This document shows, in pieces, positions 25,001 through 36,833 of a DNA stretch of 64,000 nt. The stretch is from Ptychomitrium polyphyllum. Lineage: Eukaryota. Every line of letters starts with the position of its first letter. Within the stretch, counting starts at the first letter, position 1. Below the pieces are notes generated by a model, which ran no database searches, was not told the origin of the DNA, and saw nothing but the letters and a program-made list of their open reading frames with translations. The DNA is taken from NCBI GenBank assembly GCA_973851085.1, contig OZ316776.1:9052001-9116000 (forward strand), written 5' to 3'. The position numbers were made by a program, and so were the translations under genes.

Positions 25001-28000
25001 AATGCAGACCTCATTTAGTGCATGTAGCCTGTCTAAACTAGTGGAGAATGACAATGTAGATGGTAATCTTTTGAAACAATCTGCTATAACAGGTCACCAC
25101 AACACCAAATAGAGATTTTATAGTTGCACCTTCAGCGCCTTCTGCCTCCCATCCAGCACAGCATGCTCTTCAGGACTAATACTCTGCTTGGCCATACGGT
25201 CTCTAGCTTGTTTTCGTGCTGTGATCAAAGCACCTACGAGGAAATTAAAGTTATCAATGTGCACAAGAACATAATTGCTTAGTATGAACGGAACGTGTTT
25301 TTTCGCAGAACACTACTTTTAGCGTTAAATGCCAATCCCTACCGTCTTGTCAAAACAGGAAAGGTTACAGTTTGCTTGTGAATGATCGCTACTGATCAAC
25401 AGTAGAAGATGACAAGGTTGATATTGTCTGAGCTTCAGCAAGCTCTAGAGCAACTAAGAGAATAGGAAATTGAAAAGTCGTACAACGATCATGAGGCCTC
25501 ATAACAGGGCTTTGATTGGAAACTAATGCTTCTATAGAGTAAGCTCATACCACAAATGCGGGGCAAAACACCTCGACGCACCGATGCCACTACAAATTGT
25601 GCACCAGTCGGGCTAGAGCATCCACCCATCGGCCATCCAAAGGCAAACCGTTGAAACTCATCAGATAGTTGAGCATCACAAATTCAATCAATTGGAGCCT
25701 CAGATATAAATTCAAATTTACTGACTAAAGGACAAATTTCCACGTATGTAGAGAGGTTTCAGGTGACAGCGGTAGGAAATTGTTCAACAAGTCAGATGCA
25801 GGGCTATCCAGAACAATAGAACAAGCACGAGGTTTTAGTGAAGACACCGTCCTTATCTATCCACAAAAACTCCAATAGGTGGTCGAAGAGAATTCCAAAA
25901 CTTACCTTGTTGTTAAATGATGAGCAGGCATTGTTTTCGCATCCTCGGGATGTACCAACGTTGTGTAACACCTGATCATCAAAGGAATTCTAAAAAACAC
26001 CGTGTTCTAAAATTCCTAGAGAACTAATTAACATGGCAACATCGAATCCAAAACCGACAAGGCTCAAGTTTCAGGCAACAAACACGAATTCATTTCATTC
26101 TAAGCTGTGAGTCAATTTCAGAATCCAAATCTGAAAGAACGAGTTGCTCAGGACTTACAGGTTGTAGGCCATGAATAATGATGGGTAAAGCGAAGCAAAA
26201 TCCAAAACTGCGATGGGGTCCTGAATGTAGAACATCTCAAGTCACCAATAAGGAAGGTTTCTCTACAGCTTGCATGAACACTCAGGCACTTACATAGCTC
26301 ATCTGCTTCGTTAACTTCATATGTTATCAACAGCAACACAACAAGCATTATGGAGCCAAAGCTGGTGTTGTTTCTGAAACTTGAGAGCACCACTTTCGTG
26401 GGTCAAATACCTGATAAAACCCGGCAGTACGATTCTCTTTTGGATGTAGCAGAAAAGGGCTCTCTGATAGTTGGCCTGTATCATAAAGTCACCAGACAGA
26501 GACTTTAGGAGATATGGATCAACATGGGCAAATTGTGCATGCAATGTCGTACAATTGTTGAAGGATATCTTGGCATCAACGTTACCATGAAGCCAGCATG
26601 ATGCATAAAAAACCCATTTATCAAAACTATGCTTCTACACATTCCAAGGCTACAAGAATTATGTCCATATATAAATACCTTTCTCTTATAAGGTTGAAAA
26701 TTTCTAGAACATAAAACTTACCGTTCAAAGTTGTTCCTCCCAGAAGCCAACCTTCCCTACGCGCACTTCGTAGAAGCAGGCTCTAAGACGACAAAGAAAT
26801 CAGCACTTATGCAATAATCAGTAGCCTCTATAACTACTAAAGCGAAATAACAATAGAAATTATCCAAAATATAGGATCATGAATCAATGAGACAGTCCAC
26901 TTACTTGGACTCGCACCATTTGAGCTTTGTAGAGGACATCAGAAAGTGTCAGCCCAGTAACTCTTGCCATCTCCACTGTCTCTGGAACAGTTTGCAACCT
27001 CTCCATAAGTTTAAGAGCAATCTGTCAGGCATAGTGTCAAACATGAATCAATATGTGCAAGCGTTCACAAATACCACAGATTAATTACTTTTGCGAATAC
27101 ACGGAATACACGAATCGGAAGCAAGCACACCATAATCAGTGTGTTGAAGAAGCATCTCAAATAGTCTTCCTTTGTAATCTGGATCATTCAAAGTAAAGGA
27201 CTTTCTTTTCTTAAATCGGGGTTCTAATTGAGCAGAGAAATGATCAAATGCCCACCTCAGCTTCATGGAGAGAGTATAACAGAAGTCGACTAAGACCCCC
27301 ATGCTTGCCTTGCCAAAGCTCCGACACTGCAGCACTTGAAAGCACCTCTTTCGGAGTTCCTAGAAACAACTGTCCCCATCTAATGCAACGCTATTCAAGT
27401 ACTGGGGTTTGCATGGTAGCCAACAAGCAACTTAAAACCTAGGGTCTTCAGATACATAAGTAGGAAATCTGAGAAGTACAACTGCTCCTGACAACTACAA
27501 CGGCCAAGGACCAGTAATATCTTGAACAAAATTTCGAAGAAATCTACTAAAAGCATTTAACTAAACGCGCAGGCATTTAAATAGAGGTGCACCTAAACGA
27601 CTATGATCCTCGTACTTGAGTAAGGAAAAGCTGCACTCTTAGAGAGTGCGGCGTCAGTTGCGAAATGCAGATTAGAAGACACATACAAACCAGTCAAAGA
27701 AATATCAAGCACTTCACAAATTGGCAAAAGCAAGTTCACCTGAGAACACTCCCCCAGAGTGAAGGTGGAGAGGTTAAACGACACCAGCACAACTCGGAGC
27801 ATGTCAATAACTAATCTTCCCTCTACGTAGGCCCTAAATACCTCCTGATTCGAAGTTGATGACATACGAGCCTGCTGCCTTACCCAATGTTTTCCATAAG
27901 TCACAACTGATTTCACCTGCAGAATTCACAGGTAACACATTCAGAGTCACCATACGGTCAACTTCACCATACTCTCGATCAAGATCTAACCCTGCCATTA

Positions 28001-31000
28001 TTATGACATATTGTTAGTGTGCTAAATGAACATGAGGAATGTCTATACCTCAGTTGTTTGTCCCTTACGTCGACCAATATCAAAAGCTCCCAGCTTTAGG
28101 ACCTTAAAACGTTCTGCCATATACCGCAAGCTCTCCTTCATTTGATACACACAAACTACATCCGGATCGATCTCCCAATAGAAAAACTCACGCCATGCTG
28201 TTAGCATGGCTATTTCAGAGTCGAATTCCCGTACTTCAATTCCTGGCAGTGCCCCTTGCTGAGAACTCTTGCCATAAGTAAAAACAACCTGCCTTATCCT
28301 ATCTCGATCCCCCAGACAGCGAAGAATATGAGATATCACAAGCACCGGATCCCTTGATGGAATTGCAGAGCCTCCACTTGCTAGATTGCTGAGGCCCTCA
28401 ATGTCAGTAACACTAGCTTCCTCATCGCCAGGAAAACCTGATTTGATTTCTCCACTAGCCCTACTTTTTGTAGTCAGCTTGACGAGAGATTCAGATTTTC
28501 CTCTGCCTCTACCTCTACCTCTACCTCTTCCTGCTTTAACAGTCGAACCACTGCTGCTTTCCTTAGTTCCAGTCAACACTTTCCCACCACCAGAACACTG
28601 TACATGTAAGGAGACTATCCGTAATGGGGCGATTAGATTCCAAGTAGCCTCCCCAGATATTGAAGGCAAAGAAGGTCCGCTACCACTTGAAGAAGTGATT
28701 AGGCTTGGCTCCTCCCATGTGCAGATATTACTTTTAATCTGAGTGAATTCAGGGAGGTCCTCCGCATCTGGAGTAGATGTGTCACTCTGGTCGTCCATGT
28801 CCAAAATAATTTCTCGACTCCGTTGCGTACCAAAATCCTCACTGTTATTCAGGACAGTTGATGCATTTGCAGCTGATTCCGTGAACTCCATGTGATGTGT
28901 CGCATCTGGGGTTAATCCAACGAGATTCCGCCAGCATGCAGCCAGCTCTTTGGAGCACCTCGTCTTCTGTTGATCATGCGGAATTGGTTTAGCCTGCTTG
29001 ATTTCCACCCAAGAGCCTCCTGCCATTGCTGTATCACAAAAGAATCGCATGCCCAACTGCCCAAGCAAGTAACTATCATGTGGATAGAATGTTCAGGAAA
29101 ATGAAAATTGAGAATAAGAAAACACATGTTTCAGCTCAACTCTCATGCGATTACCGCTATCAAAGCATAACTGCCATAGATATCGAAAGTTTTACACGTC
29201 AAAATAGCTAATGGCGAAAATATACATGGCGAAAATGTACATGACAAACGTGGATTTCATCAAACAATATCAAGGACAAGAAAGCCAGATTCATCTCGTT
29301 AGTTCAGAGGTGCCAATGGAGAATGGAAAAAACCTATCAATTACATACAAGATACTCGAATTATATAGATAGGCACTAACTTTGATGCCCTCTTCATGAG
29401 AAGTGTGATCCTTCCAGACGAGGCCTTCGGATTGCATCTCGTTCTCCTCAGCTAGTGCCGTCAGCTCCTTCGAAACTACACCAATGTCTTTACCCCTCCA
29501 TACTTCCACCTACATCATGAAGTCAGATATAGGAGTAAGTTTACAAGCAAATCATGTCCACAAAAGACATATATTTCCTTCCTGTTCTCAAACTATTCCT
29601 CTTTAAAACCCGCACGAACACAACATCCAAGGCAATAGAAACAAACCTTTAGGAACAAAAAGGGTCCCCCACGACGGTAATACATAAGCGGAGTCCTGTA
29701 TTCTACTGTAATTGCGGCAACCTGCAAGAGCACAACACTTGTATGAACGAACACAAGTAACCCAGACATGACCTGATACGGTTTGCATGAAACTCGCGAA
29801 CGCCTGCAACTGCATGCTAATTAAATGCAAGTTGAGATCCCTCAGATGATTAGAACTTCTGCAGAAATAACAGTCCAAAAAAAAACCATTTAATGAATTG
29901 GTCTTTGTTCATTGAGCTGTTTTCAGTCGCTTAGAAATAAAATCTGTTTCAAAAGTACCAAAACAACGAAAAACTCCTGTTGGAAGTCAAGATATCTTAC
30001 AAACTGATCGCTGGAGCCACCAGTTTTCTTACGGCTGGCCAGCACTTTTTGATTAAGATGCTCTTTAACGGTGTCCAAGCTGCCTTCATTTAAGGGCACT
30101 TCCTTCCCATCAACTTTACACACAGGAGCTGGAAACCAGAAATAAGGTACATAATCTGCACCGCCAACCGATTTATGGTAATTTCTCTGTTCCAAAGTTT
30201 TGTTACAACTCAAGAAAATCTAAGAAGCAAATCAAAAAACAGCATATACTTGTGTAAATGTGCTTATCTTCAACATTTATCTTGACCAATAGACCACCAC
30301 AAGCATCAAGTGCTGTAGAACAATCTCCAAGCTGCAGATAGCCTTCTAAGGAATTCAAAGTTCAGACATGGAGTATAATAGCGCTTCTGAGCTAAAGCTC
30401 GACACGGTGCAACAAAGACGGGCAGCTCAGCACAAAGCTATGTCACTGATGACAATTAAACCAAGATAGTAATTCTAATTGGAATGACTGCACCCACTGC
30501 TTTCATTATTCTAAACGACTATTGGCTAGCCTGACGTCCAAGCATTACTTCAGAGGCACCAACCATTTACGTGAACTGCAATGCTTTCACCATCCGATTT
30601 CAACCCGTAGAGAAGCACCTGCTCCACATACACACAAAAAAAAGAAGCAGAATAAGCTTCCCCATTATTATTGTTTCAGCTGTACGCCTCACGATTGACT
30701 CACATCCATCATATGGCGTATTCCCAAGATGCCAAGATGCCAAGATAGTCAGACACCATGGCAAAAAATTACGGCACACACACCAACCTAACAACGAAAC
30801 CAAAGCCTGACACCAAAAGCATCCCTGAAAGATTCGAAGGATCCTTCCTTTGGCATAAGAAACACTCGATCCATCAAAAACATCCCGGAATCCAATGCTC
30901 CCTGAGCGACTAAATAACATCTTCAAGGGCAGACTTCAAGCTCATACAAGGCCACTGTAAGAACTCCCCACAGTAAAAGTCTCCGGAAAAAATTAATGAT

Positions 31001-31097
31001 GTTGGCTTGTACGCACAGAAGGCGCAGTAGCGGATGCAGAAGCCGGGGCGTCGGTGAAGACGGCGTCCAGCAGCATCATCCGCACCGGTTCGGCCAT
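22024..31097 (-). CDS. Divergent family-B DNA polymerase, paralog of the Pol delta catalytic subunit (about 20 exons; exonuclease motifs degenerate)
   Basis: Motif A DPIAVLDFASLYPSLFMAYNL (~26160-26220); motif B RQKALK|LCSNALYGFTGA (~24950-25150); motif C IYAQTDSVFV (24455-24472); VKGIEAERRD; GERVPYVL; C-terminal CLIC..CQEC and CARC..LCTNSDCPVLY. Likely start MAEPVRMMLLD at 31097, preceded by an in-frame stop. The N-terminal exons are less certain. Confidence 0.88.
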
Positions 31098-31344
31098 GGC
31101 GCGCTTGAGCGGGTCTCCAACTGCAACGCGCCGCTCCTCGTCCAGAGCTTACTTCACGTTCATTCCTTCATTCCCACCTCCCTCGCCCCCACCTTCGAGA
31201 CAACACCTCCGCATACTCCAAGCCAATCTCTAGTCCACCTCCAGAGCTCTCCCCGATGGTGTGCAGTTGCCAGTGCACCACAACCGACGCATGCTCACAG
31301 ATGCCCACACCCAGCAACGCCGTCACTTTGGAACGCCGGCACCA

Positions 31345-31418
31345 CCATCGCCATCGCCATCGCCATCGCCATCGCCATCGCCATCGCCGTCGCCATCGCC
31401 ATCGCCGTCGCCATCGCC
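31345..31418. repeat. (GCCATC)n hexamer microsatellite with GCCGTC variants, upstream of the polymerase gene
   Basis: About 12 units read directly from the sequence. Confidence 0.9.
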
Positions 31419-34179
31419 GCCACTCCCCGCCTGCTGAGAGGTTCCGCTGCAATTGAACCCAGTCCCCCAACTGGCTGTTTTGCATTCATTTCATTAAGCA
31501 ACAATGCTACACGTCCATGGTCTTTGTGTTTGAGTGTGTGTTGCTTTGCTTACGACCACGTTTTAGTCCCCAACCATGCGTTTTCGATGCTCAAAGCATC
31601 GAAGGATGGTGCAGAGTTAGCATTTGAATCTTAACTTTATTGGATTTCCTTCAGTTTGTGAAGGATTGAATATGCTTGATTTGTGCACCGCTGAACATGC
31701 CAATCTCATCGCGGGTGGCAATCTCCCTTCTTTAGAATTTGTGTTAAAGGATGCACACCAAAAATCAAATCAAAACAAAAGATACGCCGGGCACATGTTT
31801 TTGTCTGTGTCTTTTTGATATAATAAAGAAAAATTGAGTAATATTGTGACATATGTATGTGACTTATTACTTCCTCCAAAATTCCCGTTTTATTTTCATG
31901 CCACAATTAATTGATGAAAGTTGTTTTTGTGTTAAAGTTAGAACAAAGAATTTGGACCAAAATTTAATATTTCAAATGAAACTTATGACAATGTTGCTAG
32001 TTACAATTAGGTGTGAATTGAAGGAAGTGTAACATGGTTTATTTGGAAGTTGCTCTACAATTGGAAGAGTACAAAGGTTGAGTATTATTTTATGGATTGA
32101 AAACTTGAAAGTTTATTTTGTGCAACTTTTTAATTTGAAAATATTATTGTAAAAAAGCCAAAGATAAACAATTAAATGTTGTTTTTAATAAAGAAGTTGT
32201 AGAAATATGCAATAGAAAGAAAAGTTTGTATATAAGTTAATTTGCAATTGATGTTGTAATTGGCTAGAAATTAGTGTTGTAGGTTGAAGTTTGACAAAAA
32301 AAATTATAAGCTATTTAAAAGTTGGAAGAATGGAAGGTGGAGATTTTCACAAGTAGTATCAATTTTTAATATGTGCAATGTAGCTATAGGCTCTAGCATT
32401 CTATTTTTTCATTAAGCATTCTAATTGTCTTGTTTTCTTTTAAAAATACTCCAAATGATAATAGAATTATACTAAATGTAGATGCAAATGTCTTTAGATT
32501 TATTATAGCTGATATGTTCTTATAGTCTTATTAGTATAAAAATAGAATATTGCACATAATGAAGTCAAATGCGCAAGATGCAATTTGAACTTGGCTATTG
32601 ATACAAGATGCTTTATCCATGTACCTTTTAAATAATTAGAAAATGAGGTTTTTTTTTATAAAAAAAGAGTTAAATTACTTGTTTTATTAAATATTTGTTA
32701 TAAAAGTTTTAATATTTAAAATTATTACTAGTAAATATTGCATTTCAAAAAATTAATACTATAAGATAATTTTTGCAACTATTATAGTACTTTCCACATT
32801 TATATAGCAAAAGCATCAATTGCATGGAAATTTTTGCATTTTGGTTTTTAAATAATGTCCCTTATTAATATTAGGATTACACTTCTAAATCGTAGTTGTT
32901 TGTTCAAAGAATGGATACTTATTTTTGAAAATATTAAATTTAATATGCAAGTTTAAGAAGTCTCTTCAATGTATTTTTTTGGATGTAAATAAATAAACTT
33001 AATTTATTAAATTTCATTCATCATTATTATATGGTTCATAAAAACTGTAATTCTATAATTCTTAATTGAGGAAATTGAAAAATATAAAATTAAGTGATAT
33101 CAGGTAAATAATTATTTTTCTTCACTCCAAATTGTTTAATAAAATTTTTTTTTTTTTTTTTTGTTTGGAACAATTTCCAAGATCTATAAACTACTAATCT
33201 TTCATGCACAATTTGTCAATTATGTGCATTTTTTTATCAATTTTGTGATTTCTAAGACATTTTCAAAGCATAAGAGATTTTTAGCAAAACTCACATATAA
33301 CCACATGAATCACTTTACTAGCTTCTATAGAATTAAAGCTCTTTTTTAATGTTCATTTTTATAAATTTTACAACTTCACCATCATTACAATGACAACTTT
33401 TAAACTTAATTTCTCTTTTCTATGATCAATCTTGGACAATATATCAGAATAATTTTAAATAAGTTTTGTAGATAGACACTATTGATTTGAGCTTTCTTAG
33501 CATGTAAGGATTTTGATGAATTTTTGGTGGATTTGCACAAAAATTACTTTGAATTTTGCAAGGACCATACATACATTGCACATTGCCATAGTTTAATTTC
33601 AAACAATTACTACTCAAGTATTTGTGGATTTTAAATATTGAATCTATCAATAAATTTTGCTATTTGAATGAAGGTACAATCCTTTCAAAAATATCACAAT
33701 GCATGTAACTCTACAAGATATTTAAATATAAGTTATTACTACATATCATTTAAAAATAATTATAATTTAAGGACCCTCATTTTTAGTTAAGTTAAACATT
33801 GAAAGTACTCAATATGAAACACACAAATCAAAATGGAACAAAGTTCACCATCTATTCTATCTTGTACTTTTGCATGACCACCTAAAAATAAGTGCATTTG
33901 ACACATCTATGGAATACACCTTGCCACACTAATCTGAATGTATCCTTATAAACTCATGCCTATACTATCAAATCACCAATCAGAGTTGCACAATATGAGA
34001 TACAAAGCTCAAATGATTAAAACCAGGTGAAACTCAAAAACCCCTCTAACCTTCTAAACAAACACACCATAAAAAGAGTAAAAAGAGTCATCTTCCAGGT
34101 AGCAACACCCATAACCATACGGAAACCAAACGTGGTAACCATCAACAAAAACAATACTCTTGGAAACCAAGCTCCTACA

Positions 34180-34215
34180 AAGAGAAACAGAGAAACAGAG
34201 AAACAGAGAAACAGA
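34180..34215. repeat. (AGAGAAAC)n short tandem repeat
   Basis: About 4 units read directly from the sequence. Confidence 0.8.
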
Positions 34216-34682
34216 ACTGCAACACAGGTTCAAGTGTATTACTCAAACACCGTCCAAAAAAGTCATGGATGTTCAAAACTGCGAATCGTGGAGGCTCGAC
34301 CCCCAGGCCTTCACTGCGAAAGAATGATAGTATGAATCCATACAGCAGTGTCGAATCATGAAGAGAGATTTTATTACTCCTGGGATGCATTGCTCGATCA
34401 CAAGAAACATCGATCTTAGAAGTTACCGGTTGCCAGCAATCTGTGACTCAACTGCAGCTGAACGACAACGTCGGCACACAGATTCGCTTGCAAACTCATG
34501 TGGGAAACACTTTCACTGTCAGGCCGAGAGAAGCATGAGCAGAAGCAGACGAAATGAGGACTTGCAGTCTGCAGCTGAAGACACATCGGCAGGAGCCAGA
34601 GGACCACGAGCTCCGAGAGAACTGCGTAGCGATGGCGCAAAGTGCGCTGAGCGGTGGGATGGTCGCCGTAGCATGTGCTGCT

Positions 34683-36833
34683 CTAGCAGGCGCTCTTGGG
34701 AACGCAGTAGAGGGGCCCGGCGTCTTGTGTCATGGCGGGCACCCACGAGACGTGGCGAGGCACGAAGCTGCGAGCTCTGTCGTAGTTGCTGGCTGACGCG
34801 TTCTGCACTCCGGAGCCAGTGAAGAAGGCACCGTTTGCGAAGCTGTCGCCAGTGGATGTCCAGTCCCACTTTTGCCATCCGCCGAACGTGGGTCCATCGT
34901 CGTCGATCCGGGACGTCACCTAGAAGTGAACAATGGCGTGCGAGAATAAGGAGACAATCTGGGTTGACCCCCACGTTCGACCGGAGATGTAGGATGAGTT
35001 TGTTACCTCTTTCCGGTTGCTGGCGTCAGGGGCAATGAATTGGTTGCATTGGCTCAAAAAAGTTGGATCCTCGCTTCCACCGATGGCGTATGAGCCCCAC
35101 CCTGAGGTGTAGAAATTGTTGGCCACATGGCAGTTTCCGTAGCGACATCTGCAAAAGAAGTGAGGCTCATCAGTACCCTGGAATCGGAGTTCAAGTTTAC
35201 ATTCATTGTTTCTACAAAAACAGAGCCGGTTGCGAGGAACAAATTCACATCATTCAGCATCGAACATCATGAGTGTTTCAGAGAAAAGCGAATGCTCACC
35301 TGGGCATTCTCTGGGTAAGCCCAGGTCCAAATTTGTTGAAGGCTACTGTAATCTGCATGTTTCTGTCGTAGTCATCCTTGGGACTCGCCCCGAACAGCAT
35401 CACCTGAAAAGAACATCAACAAGTTCATTAAGAGGATATGTTTCATGAAGATGCAGAAAATTTTTGGAGGGATTGATGATCAGAGTGGCCAAGCCCCACC
35501 TTGTTGTGATTCTCGAAGTAGCAGTTTGAGACGGTAATGTTGGTAGAGTTTTTCGTTGCATCGATCAAGCCATCGGTCGACTTCGACAGAAAGCAATGGT
35601 CAACCCAAACATTGACCGAATTTTTTATGTGAATGGCGTCGCCATCGCTAGAGCCACGGAATGTTCGAAGGTTCGGCGCGGTGAGGATGTGGTGAGGGCC
35701 TGAGGGGAGAATGTCGAGGACATAGATTCCATGGATGATAACGTTGGAGACCCCCTCGATGGTGATTTGGGAGGTGCCCACGAGGTGAATTTCTGCGCCG
35801 CGCCCGTCGATGGTCTTGTAGCTCGACATGACAAGCTCGCCTCTGAGCTCGATAGTCATGTTCTTGATGAAGATGATCCACAAGGGCTCCGTGCGGGTGG
35901 CGCCGTAGCGCAGGGTCCCGGGGGCAGGGTTGTCGATGTCGTCGTCGTTGCTAGTGACGACGTAGAGCATCCCGTTCTTGCCTCCGAAGGCATGTTGTCC
36001 AAATCCAACTGCACACGATGCGAGCGCTTGACGACGGTCCTGCCAGTTGGGATCGCAGCGCCAGCAATCGTCAATGTAGTTCCCTGTTTTGCATGACCCC
36101 TGACTTCTAGGTTTCTGAAATGGCATTAAGAGTTGTGGCTCTTCTGCAGCCTCATCAACGTCGACATTCTCTTGCTGATCTCTACAATCACCATGAAATC
36201 AGTGCCAGATGATAAGATAACACCTCTGGAACTGTCAAAGTCTAGAATTCCTGAAGGGCTGTGACATCTCTCAATTGTGTAATCATTCCAGAATGACTCT
36301 GTTAACTCGGTAAAAATCTGGATGCCAACCAGTCGAGCCAATCCGTAGTTAAGATGTACACTGTTGATGATTCTTAATAAAATCGTCTGGAGCGTCCGAA
36401 ATAAGATAATCAATGGAAAAAACTATGAAAACAATACTTGATGAGGACTGATTTGAAAGATGAGGAAAAATCAGGCACTGTTGTTGGACACTTACTCTCG
36501 ATACTCTGCGGTGTAAATGAATCCTGCGTCTGAGGTATTGATGAACTTTTCTGGTGCTTCGAGGTCGAGTTCATTAGACTCGTACTCTTGATTCTTGTCA
36601 CCAGCTGGTGCTACTCTTGGGTAGTCCAGGAGGTTGGCAATGGATTGAAGGAAAGCTCTCAAATTCGTGACCAAAGTGGCTTTTGGGATAAGAAGGTCCT
36701 TAGTAGGAATGGTTGCAACGTTGGTACCGATGTTGTTGTTTAGAATCTGATTCGATGAATGAGCTTCACAATGTTGGAAGACTAACAGGAGGATGGCAAG
36801 AACAAGGAGATAGTGAGCTGCCGTATTCGCCAT
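34683..36833 (-). CDS. Pectate lyase (PL1 family), secreted; about 5 exons
   Basis: Signal peptide [74 protein letters not shown] and YAIGGS motifs; last exon VTSRIDDDG...[10 protein letters not shown]. Confidence 0.93.

Noticed and set aside
22024..31097. Calling the polymerase canonical POLD1, REV3 or a Polinton/viral polymerase
   Set aside because: The motifs deviate too far from POLD1. It lacks the very large REV3 insert and follows delta-type sequence elsewhere. It is intron-rich with a eukaryotic CysA/CysB tail and has no viral genes or terminal repeats nearby.
30996..31634. 212-aa ORF with an AIAIAI repeat, and the WRWR, HRHR and MAMA ORFs
   Set aside because: These are translations of the (GCCATC)n microsatellite.
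31850..33950. AT-rich block, possibly a decayed transposon
   Set aside because: I could not support any terminal repeat, target-site duplication or transposase motif.
34358..34974. Overlapping Arg-rich ORFs of about 150 aa
   Set aside because: Alternative frames of the pectate lyase last exon and its 3' UTR.
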